Below are positions 18,618-28,971 of a DNA stretch of 64,000 bases, piece by piece; the stretch's first letter is position 1, and every line of letters begins with the position of its first letter. The position numbers and the translations under genes are program-made. The notes beneath the pieces were generated by a model that saw nothing but the letters and a program-made list of their open reading frames with translations, searched no databases and was not told where the DNA came from. Origin of the DNA: Gemmatimonadota bacterium (lineage in GTDB: Bacteria; Gemmatimonadota; Gemmatimonadetes; Gemmatimonadales; GWC2-71-9); NCBI GenBank assembly GCA_041482275.1, contig JBGPDL010000003.1, forward strand, positions 10,962 through 74,961, in the 5' to 3' direction.

Positions 18618-19634
18618 ATGAGCACGACCGCGGCGCCGCCGCAGGTCTCAACGCACTGGCCCGCCAGCATCTACCGGCGGCCGGACGGGGTCGTCGAGCA
18701 GTCGCTCTCCCCCGCGCGGATCCGGGAGATCGTCCAGTCGGGTGAGGGCGAGCTGTGGGTGGATATCGACAGCACGGACATGCACCAGCACGCGCTGCTC
18801 GAGAAGGTGTTCGAATTCCACCCCCTCGCCGTCGACGATACGCTCTCACCGCGGACCCGGGTCAAGCTGGAAGAGTACGACCGCTATGTGTTCGCGGTCA
18901 TGGCGGGCGTCCGGTTCGACCATGCCACGCCTGATCCGTATGATCTCGAGACCGCCAACCTCTACTATTTCCTCGGCAAGAACTTTCTCGTCACGGTCCA
19001 CGCAGTGAGCTCACTGGGGTGCGAGGCGGTCCGCGAGCGGCTGCAGCGCAGCGTCGACCTCCTGGCCCGGGGCGCCGAGGCGACGATGCACGCGATCTTC
19101 GACCAGGCGGTGGACGCCTATTTCCCTCTGGTCGAGCAGCTCAATACGCACGTCGACCGGTTGGAGGAGCGCCTGTTCGAAGACTTCGACGAGCGCCTGA
19201 TCCACGAGATCTTCAAAGCGAAGCGCGCGGCGTTTGCGTTGCGCCGCCACGTCGGACCGCTGCGCGAAGTCCTGAACGTCCTCACCAACCGCCCGTCGGT
19301 GTACATCCGTTCCGACACGCAGCTCTATTACCGAGACGTGTATGACCACACGATCCGCATCATGGAGTCGGTGGACACGACCCGCGAACTGCTCGCCGGC
19401 GTGCTCGAGACCTATTTCTCGCAAACGTCGAACCGGATGAATCGGGTGATGAAGCAGTTATCGATCGTGGCTACGATCGCGCTGCCGTTGATCGTGATCG
19501 CCGGGATCTACGGCATGAACTTCAGTCGCATGCCGCTCACCCACGATCCTCTCGGCTTCTGGGGCGCGCTCGCCACGATGGGCATAGTCTCGCTGGCGAT
19601 CGTGTGGTGGCTGAAGCGCCGCAAATGGCTCTGA
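18618..19634 (+). CDS. corA: Magnesium/cobalt transporter CorA
   Basis: YGMNF signature followed by the last TM segment. 338 aa. Confidence 0.9.
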   Translation: MSTTAAPPQVSTHWPASIYRRPDGVVEQSLSPARIREIVQSGEGELWVDIDSTDMHQHALLEKVFEFHPLAVDDTLSPRTRVKLEEYDRYVFAVMAGVRFDHATPDPYDLETANLYYFLGKNFLVTVHAVSSLGCEAVRERLQRSVDLLARGAEATMHAIFDQAVDAYFPLVEQLNTHVDRLEERLFEDFDERLIHEIFKAKRAAFALRRHVGPLREVLNVLTNRPSVYIRSDTQLYYRDVYDHTIRIMESVDTTRELLAGVLETYFSQTSNRMNRVMKQLSIVATIALPLIVIAGIYGMNFSRMPLTHDPLGFWGALATMGIVSLAIVWWLKRRKWL

Positions 19635-20644
19635 CGCTCGCGGCCGAAGTCATCAGGCTGAAGACCAAGCATCCCTTCGTCATCGCCCGGGGCGGCGACG
19701 ACGACACGCGGGTCGTGTGGGTGCGCCTGACGGATGCGGACGGCGTCGAGGGCTGGGGAGAGGCCGATCCCTCGCGCTACTACGGCGAAACCGCGGACAC
19801 CGTGCTCGCCGTCCTGAAGCAGCTCGCGCCGCATCTCCCCAAGGACCCATTCGATCTCGAGTCGGCGGAGGCGCAGTTCGCGCAGGCGGTGCCGCGGAAC
19901 GGCGCGGCGCGGGCGGCCCTCTCGGCCGCATTGCACGATCTCGTCGGCAAGCGGCTCGGCCAGCCGGTATGGCGGCTGTGGGGGCTCGATCCCGCCCGCG
20001 CGCCGCGCTCGTCGTTCACCATCGGTCTCGACACCGCCGAGAACATGCGAGCCAAGGTGTTCGAGGCGGCGGCGTATCCGATTCTCAAGATCAAGCTCGG
20101 CACCGACCGGGACGAGACGATTTTGCGCACGGTGCGTGACGCCACCGACAAGCCGCTCCGGGTGGATGCGAACGCGGGGTGGACGCGGGAGCGCGCGCTG
20201 CAGATGCTCCCCGTGCTCAAGGACTACGGCGTGGAGTTCCTGGAGCAGCCGCTGCCTCCTGACGACCTCGAGGGGATTGCGGCCGTGCGGCGCCGGGGCG
20301 TACTGCCCGTGGTGGTGGACGAGAGCTGCATCGTCGCGACCGACATCCCCCGCCTCGCGGGCGCGGTGGACGGGATCAACATCAAGCTCGCGAAGTGCGG
20401 CTCGCTGCGCGAAGCGCTGCGCATGATCGCCACCGCTCGGGCGCACGGCATGCTGGTGATGGTGGGCTGTATGATCGAATCGTCGCTCGGCATTACGGCG
20501 GCCGCGCAATTCACGCCGCTCGTCGACGCAGCCGATCTGGACGGTGCGGCGCTGACCGCCAACGACCCCTTCATCGGCGCCACGATCGACGCGGGGCAGA
20601 TCCGACTCCCCAGTGAGCCGGGTCTGGGCGTCCGGCGGCGGTGA
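19625..20644 (+). CDS. Dipeptide (L-Ala-D/L-Glu) epimerase, enolase superfamily
   Basis: KIKLG, VDANAGW, LEQPL, DES and KLAKCGS catalytic blocks. ATG at 19625. Confidence 0.75.
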   Translation: MALTLAAEVIRLKTKHPFVIARGGDDDTRVVWVRLTDADGVEGWGEADPSRYYGETADTVLAVLKQLAPHLPKDPFDLESAEAQFAQAVPRNGAARAALSAALHDLVGKRLGQPVWRLWGLDPARAPRSSFTIGLDTAENMRAKVFEAAAYPILKIKLGTDRDETILRTVRDATDKPLRVDANAGWTRERALQMLPVLKDYGVEFLEQPLPPDDLEGIAAVRRRGVLPVVVDESCIVATDIPRLAGAVDGINIKLAKCGSLREALRMIATARAHGMLVMVGCMIESSLGITAAAQFTPLVDAADLDGAALTANDPFIGATIDAGQIRLPSEPGLGVRRR

Positions 20645-22941
20645 GGGGGCCGGATCCAGTCACCACGGGCGTGCGCCCGGGGTCAGACTCACCACTGACC
20701 CCGCGCGCGAGCGCGGGGAGAGCGCCCCGGTACGCCGAAGTCGTCCTCCCGGTCCCGGTTTCCCGCACCTACACGTACCAGATTCCCGCCGAGCTCGATC
20801 GTCGCGTGGTGCCCGGCGCGCGGGTGGTCGTGCCCGTCCAGCGGCGCCAGGTGGTGGGCGTGGTGGCGGCGGTCGACACGGCGGCACCGAGCGTGGAGGC
20901 GAAACCCATTCTCGCCGCCCCCGACGCGGAGCCGGCGATCACGCCGCCGCTGTTCGCGCTCGGGGTGTGGATCAGCCGCTATTACGGCACGCCGCTCGGG
21001 CTCGCGCTGCGCGCGCTGCTCCCCGGAGCGCTGTGGAGCGTGCGGCGGCCGGCGGGACCCACGGAGCAGGTCGAGCGTGTGCTCACACTGAGCACGGCGC
21101 TGCCATCCCTGCTCGAGCGCGAGCGCGCGTTCAAGCGGGCGCCCCGGCGGCGCGTGGCGTACGAGGCGCTGGAGGCGATCGGCGGTTCGGCGCCGGTCCG
21201 TCACCTAGTGGACCGGCTCGGCTTGTCTCACGCGGTGTTGGACGGGTTGGTGCAGCAGGGGTTGGCCCGCTCGGACGAGCTGCCCCGCGCGCGCGATCCC
21301 TTCGCCGCGTTGTCGTCTCCGCCGCCTGCCGAGCTCACCCGGGACCAGCAACGCGTCGTCGCCGGGATTCTGGCAACGCCAGTCGGGATGCCTGTGCTGA
21401 TCGAGGGGGTCACGGGGTCGGGCAAGACGCTCGTCTATCTCGACGTGCTGCGGAGCGTGGTGGCATCGGGCCACGGCGCCATCCTGCTCGTTCCGGAGAT
21501 TGCCCTCACCCCGCAGACGGTCGCGCGGGTGCGCGGCGTGTTCGGCGACCAGGTGGCCGTGCTGCACTCGGGGCTGTCCGATGGGGAGCGCGCCGACGCC
21601 TGGCGGGCGCTGCGGCGCGGGGAGCGGAGCGTGGCGGTCGGGCCGCGGTCCGCCGTGTTCGCGCCGATTCGGCGGCTCGCGGTGATCGTGGTCGACGAGG
21701 AGCACGAATCGAGCTACAAGCAGGGCACGGCGCCGCGCTACCATGCCCGCGACGCTGCGCTCGAGCGCGCGCGGCTCGAGGGAGCGCGTGTGATCCTCGG
21801 CAGTGCCACGCCCTCGCTCGAGACGCTGCATCTCGCCGGCCAGGGCGAGCTCGTGCGCTTCGAGCTCCCGGAGCGGATCGGTGCCCGGCCGCTGCCGCCG
21901 GTGGAGATCATCGACCTTCGCAGCGCCCCCCGCGTGCCCGAGGCGCGCGGCGTGCCCTGGACGGGAGCGCTCGACGAGGCCGTGCGCGGCGCCCTCGCGC
22001 GGAGCGAGCAGGTGATCCTGCTCTTGAATCGCCGCGGCTTCGCGACGTACCTGCAGTGTCCCGCCTGCGGCGACGTGCGGGAATGTCCGCGGTGTGCCAT
22101 CGCTCTCACCGTGCACCAGACGCCGCCCGCGCTGCGGTGTCATTACTGCGGCCATCAGGAGCCGGTCCCCACGATCTGCCGGGCGTGCGGCAAGGAGACC
22201 GAGCGGATGCGGGGCCTCGGGACCCAGCAACTCGAGCACTTCGTGGGGCTGCGGTTCCCCGAGGCCCGTATGGCCCGCATGGATCTCGACACGACGAGCA
22301 CGAAGTGGGCGCACCACCGGGTGCTCGAGCGCATGGCGCAGGGGAAGATCGACATCCTGCTCGGGACGCAGATGATCGCCAAGGGACTGGATTTTCCGAA
22401 CGTGACCGTGGTCGGGGTGGTGGACGCGGACACGGGACTGCATCTCCCCGATTTCCGTGCGGCCGAGCGGACGTTCCAGCTCGTGGCGCAAGTGGCCGGC
22501 CGGGCCGGCCGCGGCCCGAAGGGCGGCCGGGTGTACGTCCAGACCCGGGCGCCAGACCACCACGCGATTCGCGCGGCCGCCGCCCATTCCGTGGCGCAGT
22601 TCGCCGCGGCGGAGCTGCCGCTGCGCACGCCGCCGCACCCAGCGTACCCGCCGCACGTCGGGCTGGCGCGGTTCGTGGCCGCGCACGAGGACGCGACCCG
22701 GGCGCGGCAGGCGGCCGAGCGCGTGGCGGCGTGGCTCGTCCGGGCGAACACCGAGCGGCTCTCGGGCGCGCTCAGCGTGCTCGGGCCGGCGCCGTGCCCG
22801 ATCGAGCGGCTCAAGGGGCGGTGGCGCTGGCACGTGCTGGTGAAGGCGGCGGAGCCGCGCGCCATCGGCCGGGTGGTGCGGGCGTTGAGCGCCCGGGCGC
22901 GCGGAGTCGTCGTGGATCGCGATCCCATGTCGTTGCTCTGA
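20641..22941 (+). CDS. priA: Primosomal replication protein N' (PriA helicase)
   Basis: Walker A GVTGSGKT, DEEH box, Cys-rich zinc region CPACG..CPRC..CHYCG..CRACG. The exact start is uncertain. Confidence 0.9.
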   Translation: MRGPDPVTTGVRPGSDSPLTPRASAGRAPRYAEVVLPVPVSRTYTYQIPAELDRRVVPGARVVVPVQRRQVVGVVAAVDTAAPSVEAKPILAAPDAEPAITPPLFALGVWISRYYGTPLGLALRALLPGALWSVRRPAGPTEQVERVLTLSTALPSLLERERAFKRAPRRRVAYEALEAIGGSAPVRHLVDRLGLSHAVLDGLVQQGLARSDELPRARDPFAALSSPPPAELTRDQQRVVAGILATPVGMPVLIEGVTGSGKTLVYLDVLRSVVASGHGAILLVPEIALTPQTVARVRGVFGDQVAVLHSGLSDGERADAWRALRRGERSVAVGPRSAVFAPIRRLAVIVVDEEHESSYKQGTAPRYHARDAALERARLEGARVILGSATPSLETLHLAGQGELVRFELPERIGARPLPPVEIIDLRSAPRVPEARGVPWTGALDEAVRGALARSEQVILLLNRRGFATYLQCPACGDVRECPRCAIALTVHQTPPALRCHYCGHQEPVPTICRACGKETERMRGLGTQQLEHFVGLRFPEARMARMDLDTTSTKWAHHRVLERMAQGKIDILLGTQMIAKGLDFPNVTVVGVVDADTGLHLPDFRAAERTFQLVAQVAGRAGRGPKGGRVYVQTRAPDHHAIRAAAAHSVAQFAAAELPLRTPPHPAYPPHVGLARFVAAHEDATRARQAAERVAAWLVRANTERLSGALSVLGPAPCPIERLKGRWRWHVLVKAAEPRAIGRVVRALSARARGVVVDRDPMSLL

Positions 22942-22955
22942 ATTCGAGCCCGCGC

Positions 22956-22986
22956 TTCATTCCGGATTGCCGATTCCGCATTAGCT
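22956..22986. repeat. Solo arm of the heptamer-palindrome repeat family
   Basis: CATTCCGGATTGCCGATTCCGCATTAGC resembles the right arm of the full copies. No partner arm nearby. Confidence 0.5.
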
Positions 22987-22996
22987 TTCCTTCCCT

Positions 22997-24124
22997 GTGA
23001 CGACCCGCCCGCGGTTCCAGTACCGCCCGCCCGACTTCGCGACGCCGCCGCTCGCAGGGGCGCCCGACGCGCGGTTCGAGCCCGCCCCGGCGGATGGCGT
23101 CCTGCCGGATCGCTTCTTCTCGACCACCAACCTGCCTACCTACGTGCGGGCGGCGGGCGCGTGGCGGCGGCCGCGGCTGCCGCGCATGGACTGCGTTATC
23201 GTGCGGGATTCAAAAGGCGACCTCGTCGTCACGGAGCCGCGCCGGGTACACAAGGGGCAGCAGGTCGCCATCGGCACCGAGGAGGACGGGAGCGAGGGGA
23301 TTTTCGTGCACACCGAAGGGTTCCTGGGAGGAGCCCACAGCGCGAACGAGTTCGGCTTCATGCAGAGCGAGGTGTCGCGCGAGAAGCCTGTGGACTACAC
23401 GGTCCTCGCCCAGCTCCTCGGGGAGGAGAAGCAGCGCGGCGGCAAGATCCTCTGGGTGGTGGGTCCCGCGCTCGTGCACGCCCGCGCGCGCGAGGACATG
23501 ATCTGGTTCGTGCAGAATGGCTACGTCCAGACCTTCTTCGGCGGGAACGCGGTGGCGGTGCACGACCTTGAGGCCGCCATCTTCGGCACCACGCTCGGCA
23601 TGACGAGCTCGGGGCAGGGGGTCGAGGGCGGACACGCCCTCCACATGCGCGCCATCAACCAGGTGCGGCGCGCCGGTGGGATCACGCCCGCCGTGCGGCA
23701 AGGCCTCGTGAGCTCGGGGATCATGCATGCCTTGGTGAACCACGGCGTGCCGTTCGTGCTCGCAGGCTCGATCCGCGACGACGGGCCGCTGCCGGAAGTG
23801 CTGTCGGACACACTCGCTGCCCAGGATGCGATGCGGGAGTTCACCGCGCAGGCGACCTTCGCCGTGTTCGTGGCCACAGCTCTCCACGCCATCGCCGTGG
23901 GCAATATGCTGCCCGCATTCGTGGACGTACCCCGGCCCGAGGATCTCCGGCCGCTCACCACCATTTGCGTGGATCAGACCGAGTTCGTGGTGAACAAGCT
24001 GCGGGATCGGGGCACGCACCAGGCGTACGGCGTGGTGACGAACGCCCAGGATTTCATGCACGTGTTGCGTTTCTACGTGGAGCGATGGGAGCAGGCGCAG
24101 GCCCCGGCGACCGCGGTCCGCTAG
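22997..24124 (+). CDS. LOR/SDH-conserved-domain (TIGR00300-like) protein, possible ornithine cyclodeaminase-type enzyme
   Basis: The block ILWVVGPALVHARAREDMIWFVQNGYVQTFFGGNAVAVHDLEAAIFGTTLG matches my memory of this family. 375 aa. Confidence 0.55.
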   Translation: MTTRPRFQYRPPDFATPPLAGAPDARFEPAPADGVLPDRFFSTTNLPTYVRAAGAWRRPRLPRMDCVIVRDSKGDLVVTEPRRVHKGQQVAIGTEEDGSEGIFVHTEGFLGGAHSANEFGFMQSEVSREKPVDYTVLAQLLGEEKQRGGKILWVVGPALVHARAREDMIWFVQNGYVQTFFGGNAVAVHDLEAAIFGTTLGMTSSGQGVEGGHALHMRAINQVRRAGGITPAVRQGLVSSGIMHALVNHGVPFVLAGSIRDDGPLPEVLSDTLAAQDAMREFTAQATFAVFVATALHAIAVGNMLPAFVDVPRPEDLRPLTTICVDQTEFVVNKLRDRGTHQAYGVVTNAQDFMHVLRFYVERWEQAQAPATAVR

Positions 24125-24165
24125 CGCCGGGCCGGGGCCCGGGGTGGGCGAAGCTCGCCGAGGCC

Positions 24166-24480
24166 GTGGCCCTGCGCGTGGCCCCCTCCGAGATCGAGAC
24201 CATCTACCTGTTCCTGCCCTGGAAGCGGGAGGGCCGGGAGTGGGGCACGGCGGTGGTGGCGTGTCGGGCCACGGACGGCGGCGACCGGTTGCGCGTGTAC
24301 ACGGCACGCTACATGCTGGTCGTGCGCGGCAAGGAACGCGGCCAGTCCCGCATCGAGGTCGAGGAGACGGCGCTGTCCCCTGCGGACGTGATCGCCCGCG
24401 TGATGCAGGCGGCCGCCGACCGGATGGGCGATCCCGATCCGCCCGTCGCCGTGGGCCCGGCGGTGTGGTATGAAGGTTGA
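24166..24480 (+). CDS. Hypothetical small protein
   Basis: In-frame GTG after the upstream stop, and the ORF runs to an overlap with fur. Start is uncertain and no motif was recognised. Confidence 0.35.
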   Translation: MALRVAPSEIETIYLFLPWKREGREWGTAVVACRATDGGDRLRVYTARYMLVVRGKERGQSRIEVEETALSPADVIARVMQAAADRMGDPDPPVAVGPAVWYEG

Positions 24481-24934
24481 CGGCGCCAGGCTGCTCGAGC
24501 AGTTCCGGTGCTACCTGGCGGAGCACACCCTGCCGGCGACGCAGCAGCGTCTGGCGGTGGCGGATGCGGTGTTCTTCGCTGACGAGCACCTGTCGGCGGA
24601 GGAGGTGGGCCGGCGGGTGGCGAAACGCGGCGTCGCGGTCGGCACGGCGACCATTTATCGCACGCTCGATCTGCTGGTCCGCGCTGGCCTCGCCAAGGAG
24701 CACGACTTCGGCGAGGGGTTCAAGCGGTACGAGCCGCTCGCGCCCGGCGAGGTGCACGAGCACTGCATTTGCTCCTCGTGCGGGCGCGTGACGGAGTTCT
24801 CGAACGACCGGTTGGAGCGCATGATTGCGTTGCTCGCGGAGGACGTGGAGTTCCGGCCGCACCACCACCGGCTGGAGATCTACGGCGTGTGTCGCAGCTG
24901 TCAGCAGGCGAACCCTTTAGCGCGCGCGAGGTGA
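24470..24934 (+). CDS. fur: Fur family transcriptional regulator
   Basis: [10 protein letters not shown] helix-turn-helix, [10 protein letters not shown] and [14 protein letters not shown] metal sites. 154 aa. Confidence 0.9.
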   Translation: MKVDGARLLEQFRCYLAEHTLPATQQRLAVADAVFFADEHLSAEEVGRRVAKRGVAVGTATIYRTLDLLVRAGLAKEHDFGEGFKRYEPLAPGEVHEHCICSSCGRVTEFSNDRLERMIALLAEDVEFRPHHHRLEIYGVCRSCQQANPLARAR

Positions 24935-24938
24935 CGGG

Positions 24939-25499
24939 TTGATCGACTCACGAATGTTCGTGCCCACCAAGGCTTTCCTCACCAAGGGCGTCGGTCGGCA
25001 CAAGGAGAAACTCACCAGCTTCGAGATGGCGCTGCGGGATGCGCATCTTGCGAACTTCAACCTCGTCCGGGTGAGCTCGATCTTCCCGCCGCACTGCGAG
25101 CTGGTGGACCGCGAGGAGGGGTTGTCGCTCATGAAGCCGGGCCAGGTGGTCTTCGCGGTGATCGCCGAATCGTCCACCAACGAGCCGAGCCGCCTCGTGG
25201 CGGCGTCGATCGGCGTCGCGATGCCCGCGGATGCCTCGCACCACGGCTACATTTCGGAGCACCATAGTTACGGGCAAAACGAGGTGACGTCGGGAGAGTA
25301 CGCAGAGGACCTGGCCGCCTCGATGCTCGCCACGGTCTTGGGCGTGCCATTCGATACGGACAAGGCGTGGGACGAGCGGCGCGAGCAGTGGCTTCTGTCG
25401 GGGGAGATCGTCCGCACGATGAACATCACCTCGACCGCCGAATGCGGGGACGACGGGCGCTGGACCACCGTGGTCTCGGCGGTTTGCTTCTGCGGGTGA
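24939..25499 (+). CDS. pdaD: Pyruvoyl-dependent arginine decarboxylase
   Basis: [32 protein letters not shown] contains the conserved self-cleavage SS region. 186 aa. Confidence 0.85.
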   Translation: MIDSRMFVPTKAFLTKGVGRHKEKLTSFEMALRDAHLANFNLVRVSSIFPPHCELVDREEGLSLMKPGQVVFAVIAESSTNEPSRLVAASIGVAMPADASHHGYISEHHSYGQNEVTSGEYAEDLAASMLATVLGVPFDTDKAWDERREQWLLSGEIVRTMNITSTAECGDDGRWTTVVSAVCFCG

Positions 25500-26212
25500 C
25501 GCCTTCCTTTATCATTGCCTTCGTCGCCGGGCTGCTGAGCTTTCTCTCGCCGTGTGTCCTGCCCCTCATCCCGAGCTACGTCGGGTTCCTCACCGGCCTG
25601 ACGCTCGAGGAGCTCGACGTGCGGCGTGGCACGGCCCTGGTGCACGCGCTGTGGTTCGTCGCGGGATTCTCGTTGATCTTCATCGCCCTCGGGGCCACGG
25701 CGTCGGCCCTGGGCGTGGCGCTGCTGCATTCGCAGGTCTGGATCGGGCGCATCGGCGGCGGCGTCGTCATCCTGTTCGGCCTGTACCTGCTGGGCGTGTT
25801 GCGCCCCGCGTGGCTGATGCGCGAGCGCAAGGTACACCTCGCCCGCAAGCCGCTGGGCTACGCGGGATCCGCGTTCGTCGGCATTACCTTCGGCGCGGCA
25901 TGGACCCCCTGCATCGGACCGATCCTCGGCGCCATTCTCACCCTCGCCGCCGCCCAGGCGAGCGTGGCGCACGGCTCGGCGCTGCTCGCCGCGTATTCCG
26001 TCGGGCTGGCCGTGCCGTTTCTGATCACCGCCTTCGCCCTCGATCGGTTCCTCGTCTGGTTCCAGCGGTTCCGGCTGTACCTGGTCTGGGTCGAGCGGAT
26101 CGCGGGTATCCTCCTGATCCTGCTCGGCCTGCTGTTGCTGACCGACCGCTTCACCCTGATCGCGAGCTGGCTCCAGGGGCTGACGCCCGAGTTCCTGAAG
26201 AGCCGGCTGTAG
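25496..26212 (+). CDS. ccdA: Cytochrome c biogenesis thiol-disulfide transporter CcdA/DsbD-TM family
   Basis: [15 protein letters not shown] and [15 protein letters not shown] Cys motifs. GTGA overlap with pdaD. Confidence 0.85.
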   Translation: MTPSFIIAFVAGLLSFLSPCVLPLIPSYVGFLTGLTLEELDVRRGTALVHALWFVAGFSLIFIALGATASALGVALLHSQVWIGRIGGGVVILFGLYLLGVLRPAWLMRERKVHLARKPLGYAGSAFVGITFGAAWTPCIGPILGAILTLAAAQASVAHGSALLAAYSVGLAVPFLITAFALDRFLVWFQRFRLYLVWVERIAGILLILLGLLLLTDRFTLIASWLQGLTPEFLKSRL

Positions 26213-26346
26213 TTCCCCGCACCCAAAGGTGGGCTCGCGGAGGGTGTGCTTCGGCATAGCGCCAGCCCGGCCCGGGCGGTAACCTGGGATTTCGCAGGCT
26301 TGGCTATCTATATTAGTCTCCGGCGATCCACAGAGAGAGGAATCCA

Positions 26347-27120
26347 ATGGTTCGGACCAGCTTGTTGCCGATTGCCGCGCTAACGGCGGTGGCGCTCCTC
26401 GCCTGCGCGAAGCCCGACGAGACGAGCCAATCGGCGGACTCGACGGCGCGGAACCTCACCCTCGCGCCCACGGAATCCACGGCGGCCATGAAGGACGTGC
26501 CCGCCCCGGCGGCCGAGCGGGGCACGCCCGAGAAGAAGGCGCCGGCGAAGCAACCTGCGACCCCCAAGCCCGCGGCCCCGGCGCCGGCCCCGTTGATGCT
26601 CGCGGCGGGCACCCACGTCCCGTTGTCGGCGGGTGACACGATCACCACGCGGTCGGCGAAGGCGGGGGACGCGTTCACCGCCACGGTGAGCCAGGATGTG
26701 CAGGACGCCGCCGGACGGGTGGTGATTCCGGCGGGCGCCACCGTGTCGGGGACGATTAGGGCGGCGGATCCCGCGCCCAACCCGAGCTCCGCCGGCAAGC
26801 TCGAGCTCACGATCTCGAGCGTGAGCGTCCGCGGCACGAGCTATCCGATCGACGCGTCCGTGGTCGCGATGGACACGGTCATGAAAGGCCGCGGGGTCAC
26901 CGGGGCCGACGCGGCCAAGGTCGCTGGCGGCGCGGTGGCCGGAGCGATCATCGGGAAGATCATCGGGAAGAACACCAAGGGTGCGGTGATCGGCGGCGCG
27001 GCCGGCGCCGCCGCGGGCGCCGCGGCCGCCCGGGTGTCGCGCGATATCGACATCATGGTTCCCAAGGGAGCGGCGATCAGCATCACGCTGAACAGTCCAC
27101 TGACGGTGAAGCGGTTCTAG
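26347..27120 (+). CDS. Lipoprotein with Pro/Ala-rich linker and C-terminal glycine-zipper
   Basis: Lipobox ALLAC. C-terminal GGAVAGAIIGKIIGKNTKGAVIGGAAGAAAGAAAA. Confidence 0.6.
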   Translation: MVRTSLLPIAALTAVALLACAKPDETSQSADSTARNLTLAPTESTAAMKDVPAPAAERGTPEKKAPAKQPATPKPAAPAPAPLMLAAGTHVPLSAGDTITTRSAKAGDAFTATVSQDVQDAAGRVVIPAGATVSGTIRAADPAPNPSSAGKLELTISSVSVRGTSYPIDASVVAMDTVMKGRGVTGADAAKVAGGAVAGAIIGKIIGKNTKGAVIGGAAGAAAGAAAARVSRDIDIMVPKGAAISITLNSPLTVKRF

Positions 27121-27126
27121 CCGCCG

Positions 27127-28926
27127 TCAGTATCCCGCCGCACCGCCGCCGCGCCGGGGATCGGCGACGCCGACCCAGCCGGTGGCGGTGCGCGCGATGG
27201 AGTTGACGTCGGTTTTGTAGCTCCAAACGCTCACCGTGTGACCCATCGCGTGGAGCGAGTCGATCGACGGTCGCACGAAGCCGTCCCGTTCCAGGTACAG
27301 GACGTCCGGCAGCGCCTGGTGATGGAGGCGCGGCGCCGCCACCGCGGCGGCGAGCGGCATCCCCTGATCGATCACGTCGCTCAGCACTTGATAGACCGCG
27401 GTCGTGATGCGCGAACCGCCGGGCGAGCCCAGCACGAGCAGCAGCCGGCCCGCCGGATCGAGCACGATCGACGGCGTCATGGCCGACAGCATCCGCTTGC
27501 CCGGAGCGATGGCGTTCGCCTCGCCCTGCACCAGCCCGAACAGATTGGGTTTTCCGGGCGCCGAAGTGAAGTCGTCCATCTCGTCGTTCAACAGGAACCC
27601 CGCTCCGGTCACCGTGACCGCGCTGCCAAAATCGTTGTTGAGTGTGGTCGTGCACGACACCGCGTTGCCCTCCGCGTCCACCACCGAGTAGTGCGTGGTC
27701 TCCGTCCCCTCCGAGCGCACGCCAGCGGCCGGCGGTGTCGGCGTCGCCCGTTGGGAATCGATGTCCGCCCGCAATCGGGCGGCGTACGGCTTGGAGAGCA
27801 GCCGCGACAGCGGCATCTGCACGAAGTCCGGGTCCCCCAGAAACGCATTGCGGTCGGCGTAGGCGCGCCGCATCGCCTCGGTCTGGAAGTGCATCAGCCG
27901 CGCGCTCCCGAAGGGAGGGAGCGGCGCGTATCCCTCCATCACATTGAGGATCTCCGCGAGCGTCACGCCCCCGCCGGAGGGCGGCGGCATCGTGTAGATC
28001 GTATAGCCGCGGTAGCCGATCTCGATCGGATTGCGCCACTTGGCCCGATAGCGGGCGAGGTCCCGTCGGGTGATCAGTCCGGCGCCGCGCGCCATCTCCT
28101 GCACGATCAGCTCGGCGATGCTGCCGCGGTAGAAGACCTTCGGCCCGCTGTCGGCGATGAGCTGCAGCGTCGCGGCGAGGGCCGGCTGCACGAACGGTGT
28201 CCCCGGCGGTGGGGCATCTCCGTTCACGAGGAACTGCGCGCGCGAGGCCGGGAACCGGCCGAGCCGCTCGGCCTGCAGCTCGATTTGCCGGCTCCGCACG
28301 CCGTCGAGCACGTGTCCCTCGCGCGCCAGCCGCACCGCGGGCTCGAGCAGCTGCTTCCAGGGCAGGTGCCCGAACTTGCGGTGGGCCTCATACATCCCCG
28401 CCACGTTGCCCGGCACGCCGACCGAGCGGTGGCCGGTGAGCGACGCGTCCGTCGGGTTACCGGCGGAGTCGACGTACATGTCGCGTGTGGCGCCGGACGG
28501 GGCTGCCTCGCGGAAGTCGAGGGTGCGGACGGTGCCGTCGTGCATTCGCACCACCAGGAATCCGCCGCCTCCGATGTTGCCCGCGATCGGGTCCACGACC
28601 GCGAGCGCGAAGGCGACCGCCACGGCCGCGTCGACCGCGTTGCCGCCGCGGCGCAGGATGTCCAGGCCGACCTCGCTCGCGAGCGGGTGCGACGTGACGA
28701 CCATGCCGTGCTCGCCGGAGACCGACCGGACGCGCTGGCCGAGGGGCCAGTCGGCCGCGATCAGCGCAGCGCGGGCCGTCCCTCCACGCGCGGGCGTGCC
28801 CGGCGCCGGCGCGACGCCGGCGGGGGGAGCGGGCGCGTTGGGGGCGACGGGCACGGTCTCCGGGGCCTTGATGCCGCCGCTGCAGGCGGTGAGCAGGAAC
28901 AGGCCGCAACCGAGGGCTCGACGCAC
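27127..28926 (-). CDS. ggt: Gamma-glutamyltranspeptidase
   Basis: Autoprocessing nucleophile region TETTHYSVVD, SGGGF-type and GSPGGSRI blocks. I chose the GTG at 28926 (VRRALGCGLFLLTAC lipobox), because the 28992 start would abut murQ. Confidence 0.9.
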   Translation of the reverse strand: MRRALGCGLFLLTACSGGIKAPETVPVAPNAPAPPAGVAPAPGTPARGGTARAALIAADWPLGQRVRSVSGEHGMVVTSHPLASEVGLDILRRGGNAVDAAVAVAFALAVVDPIAGNIGGGGFLVVRMHDGTVRTLDFREAAPSGATRDMYVDSAGNPTDASLTGHRSVGVPGNVAGMYEAHRKFGHLPWKQLLEPAVRLAREGHVLDGVRSRQIELQAERLGRFPASRAQFLVNGDAPPPGTPFVQPALAATLQLIADSGPKVFYRGSIAELIVQEMARGAGLITRRDLARYRAKWRNPIEIGYRGYTIYTMPPPSGGGVTLAEILNVMEGYAPLPPFGSARLMHFQTEAMRRAYADRNAFLGDPDFVQMPLSRLLSKPYAARLRADIDSQRATPTPPAAGVRSEGTETTHYSVVDAEGNAVSCTTTLNNDFGSAVTVTGAGFLLNDEMDDFTSAPGKPNLFGLVQGEANAIAPGKRMLSAMTPSIVLDPAGRLLLVLGSPGGSRITTAVYQVLSDVIDQGMPLAAAVAAPRLHHQALPDVLYLERDGFVRPSIDSLHAMGHTVSVWSYKTDVNSIARTATGWVGVADPRRGGGAAGY

Positions 28927-28938
28927 ACCGAATTGTGC

Positions 28939-28964
28939 ACGTTGACCCGAGTTCGGGTCAACGT
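28939..28964. promoter_or_regulatory. 26-bp perfect palindrome ACGTTGACCCGA-GT-TCGGGTCAACGT in the ggt/murQ divergent region
   Basis: Read directly from the sequence. It carries TTGACC on both strands. Confidence 0.6.
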
Positions 28965-28971
28965 CTAACTT
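28942..28971 (+). promoter_or_regulatory. Candidate murQ operon promoter (TTGACC-N18-TAACTT)
   Basis: Hexamers read directly from the sequence. The -35 lies inside the palindrome, and the -10 ends 19 nt before the murQ ATG. Confidence 0.4.

Noticed and set aside
20613-23000. 795-aa ORF in an alternative frame over priA
   Set aside because: Arg/Ala/Gly-rich low-complexity translation. The 20641 frame carries the Walker A, DEEH and zinc-finger motifs of PriA.
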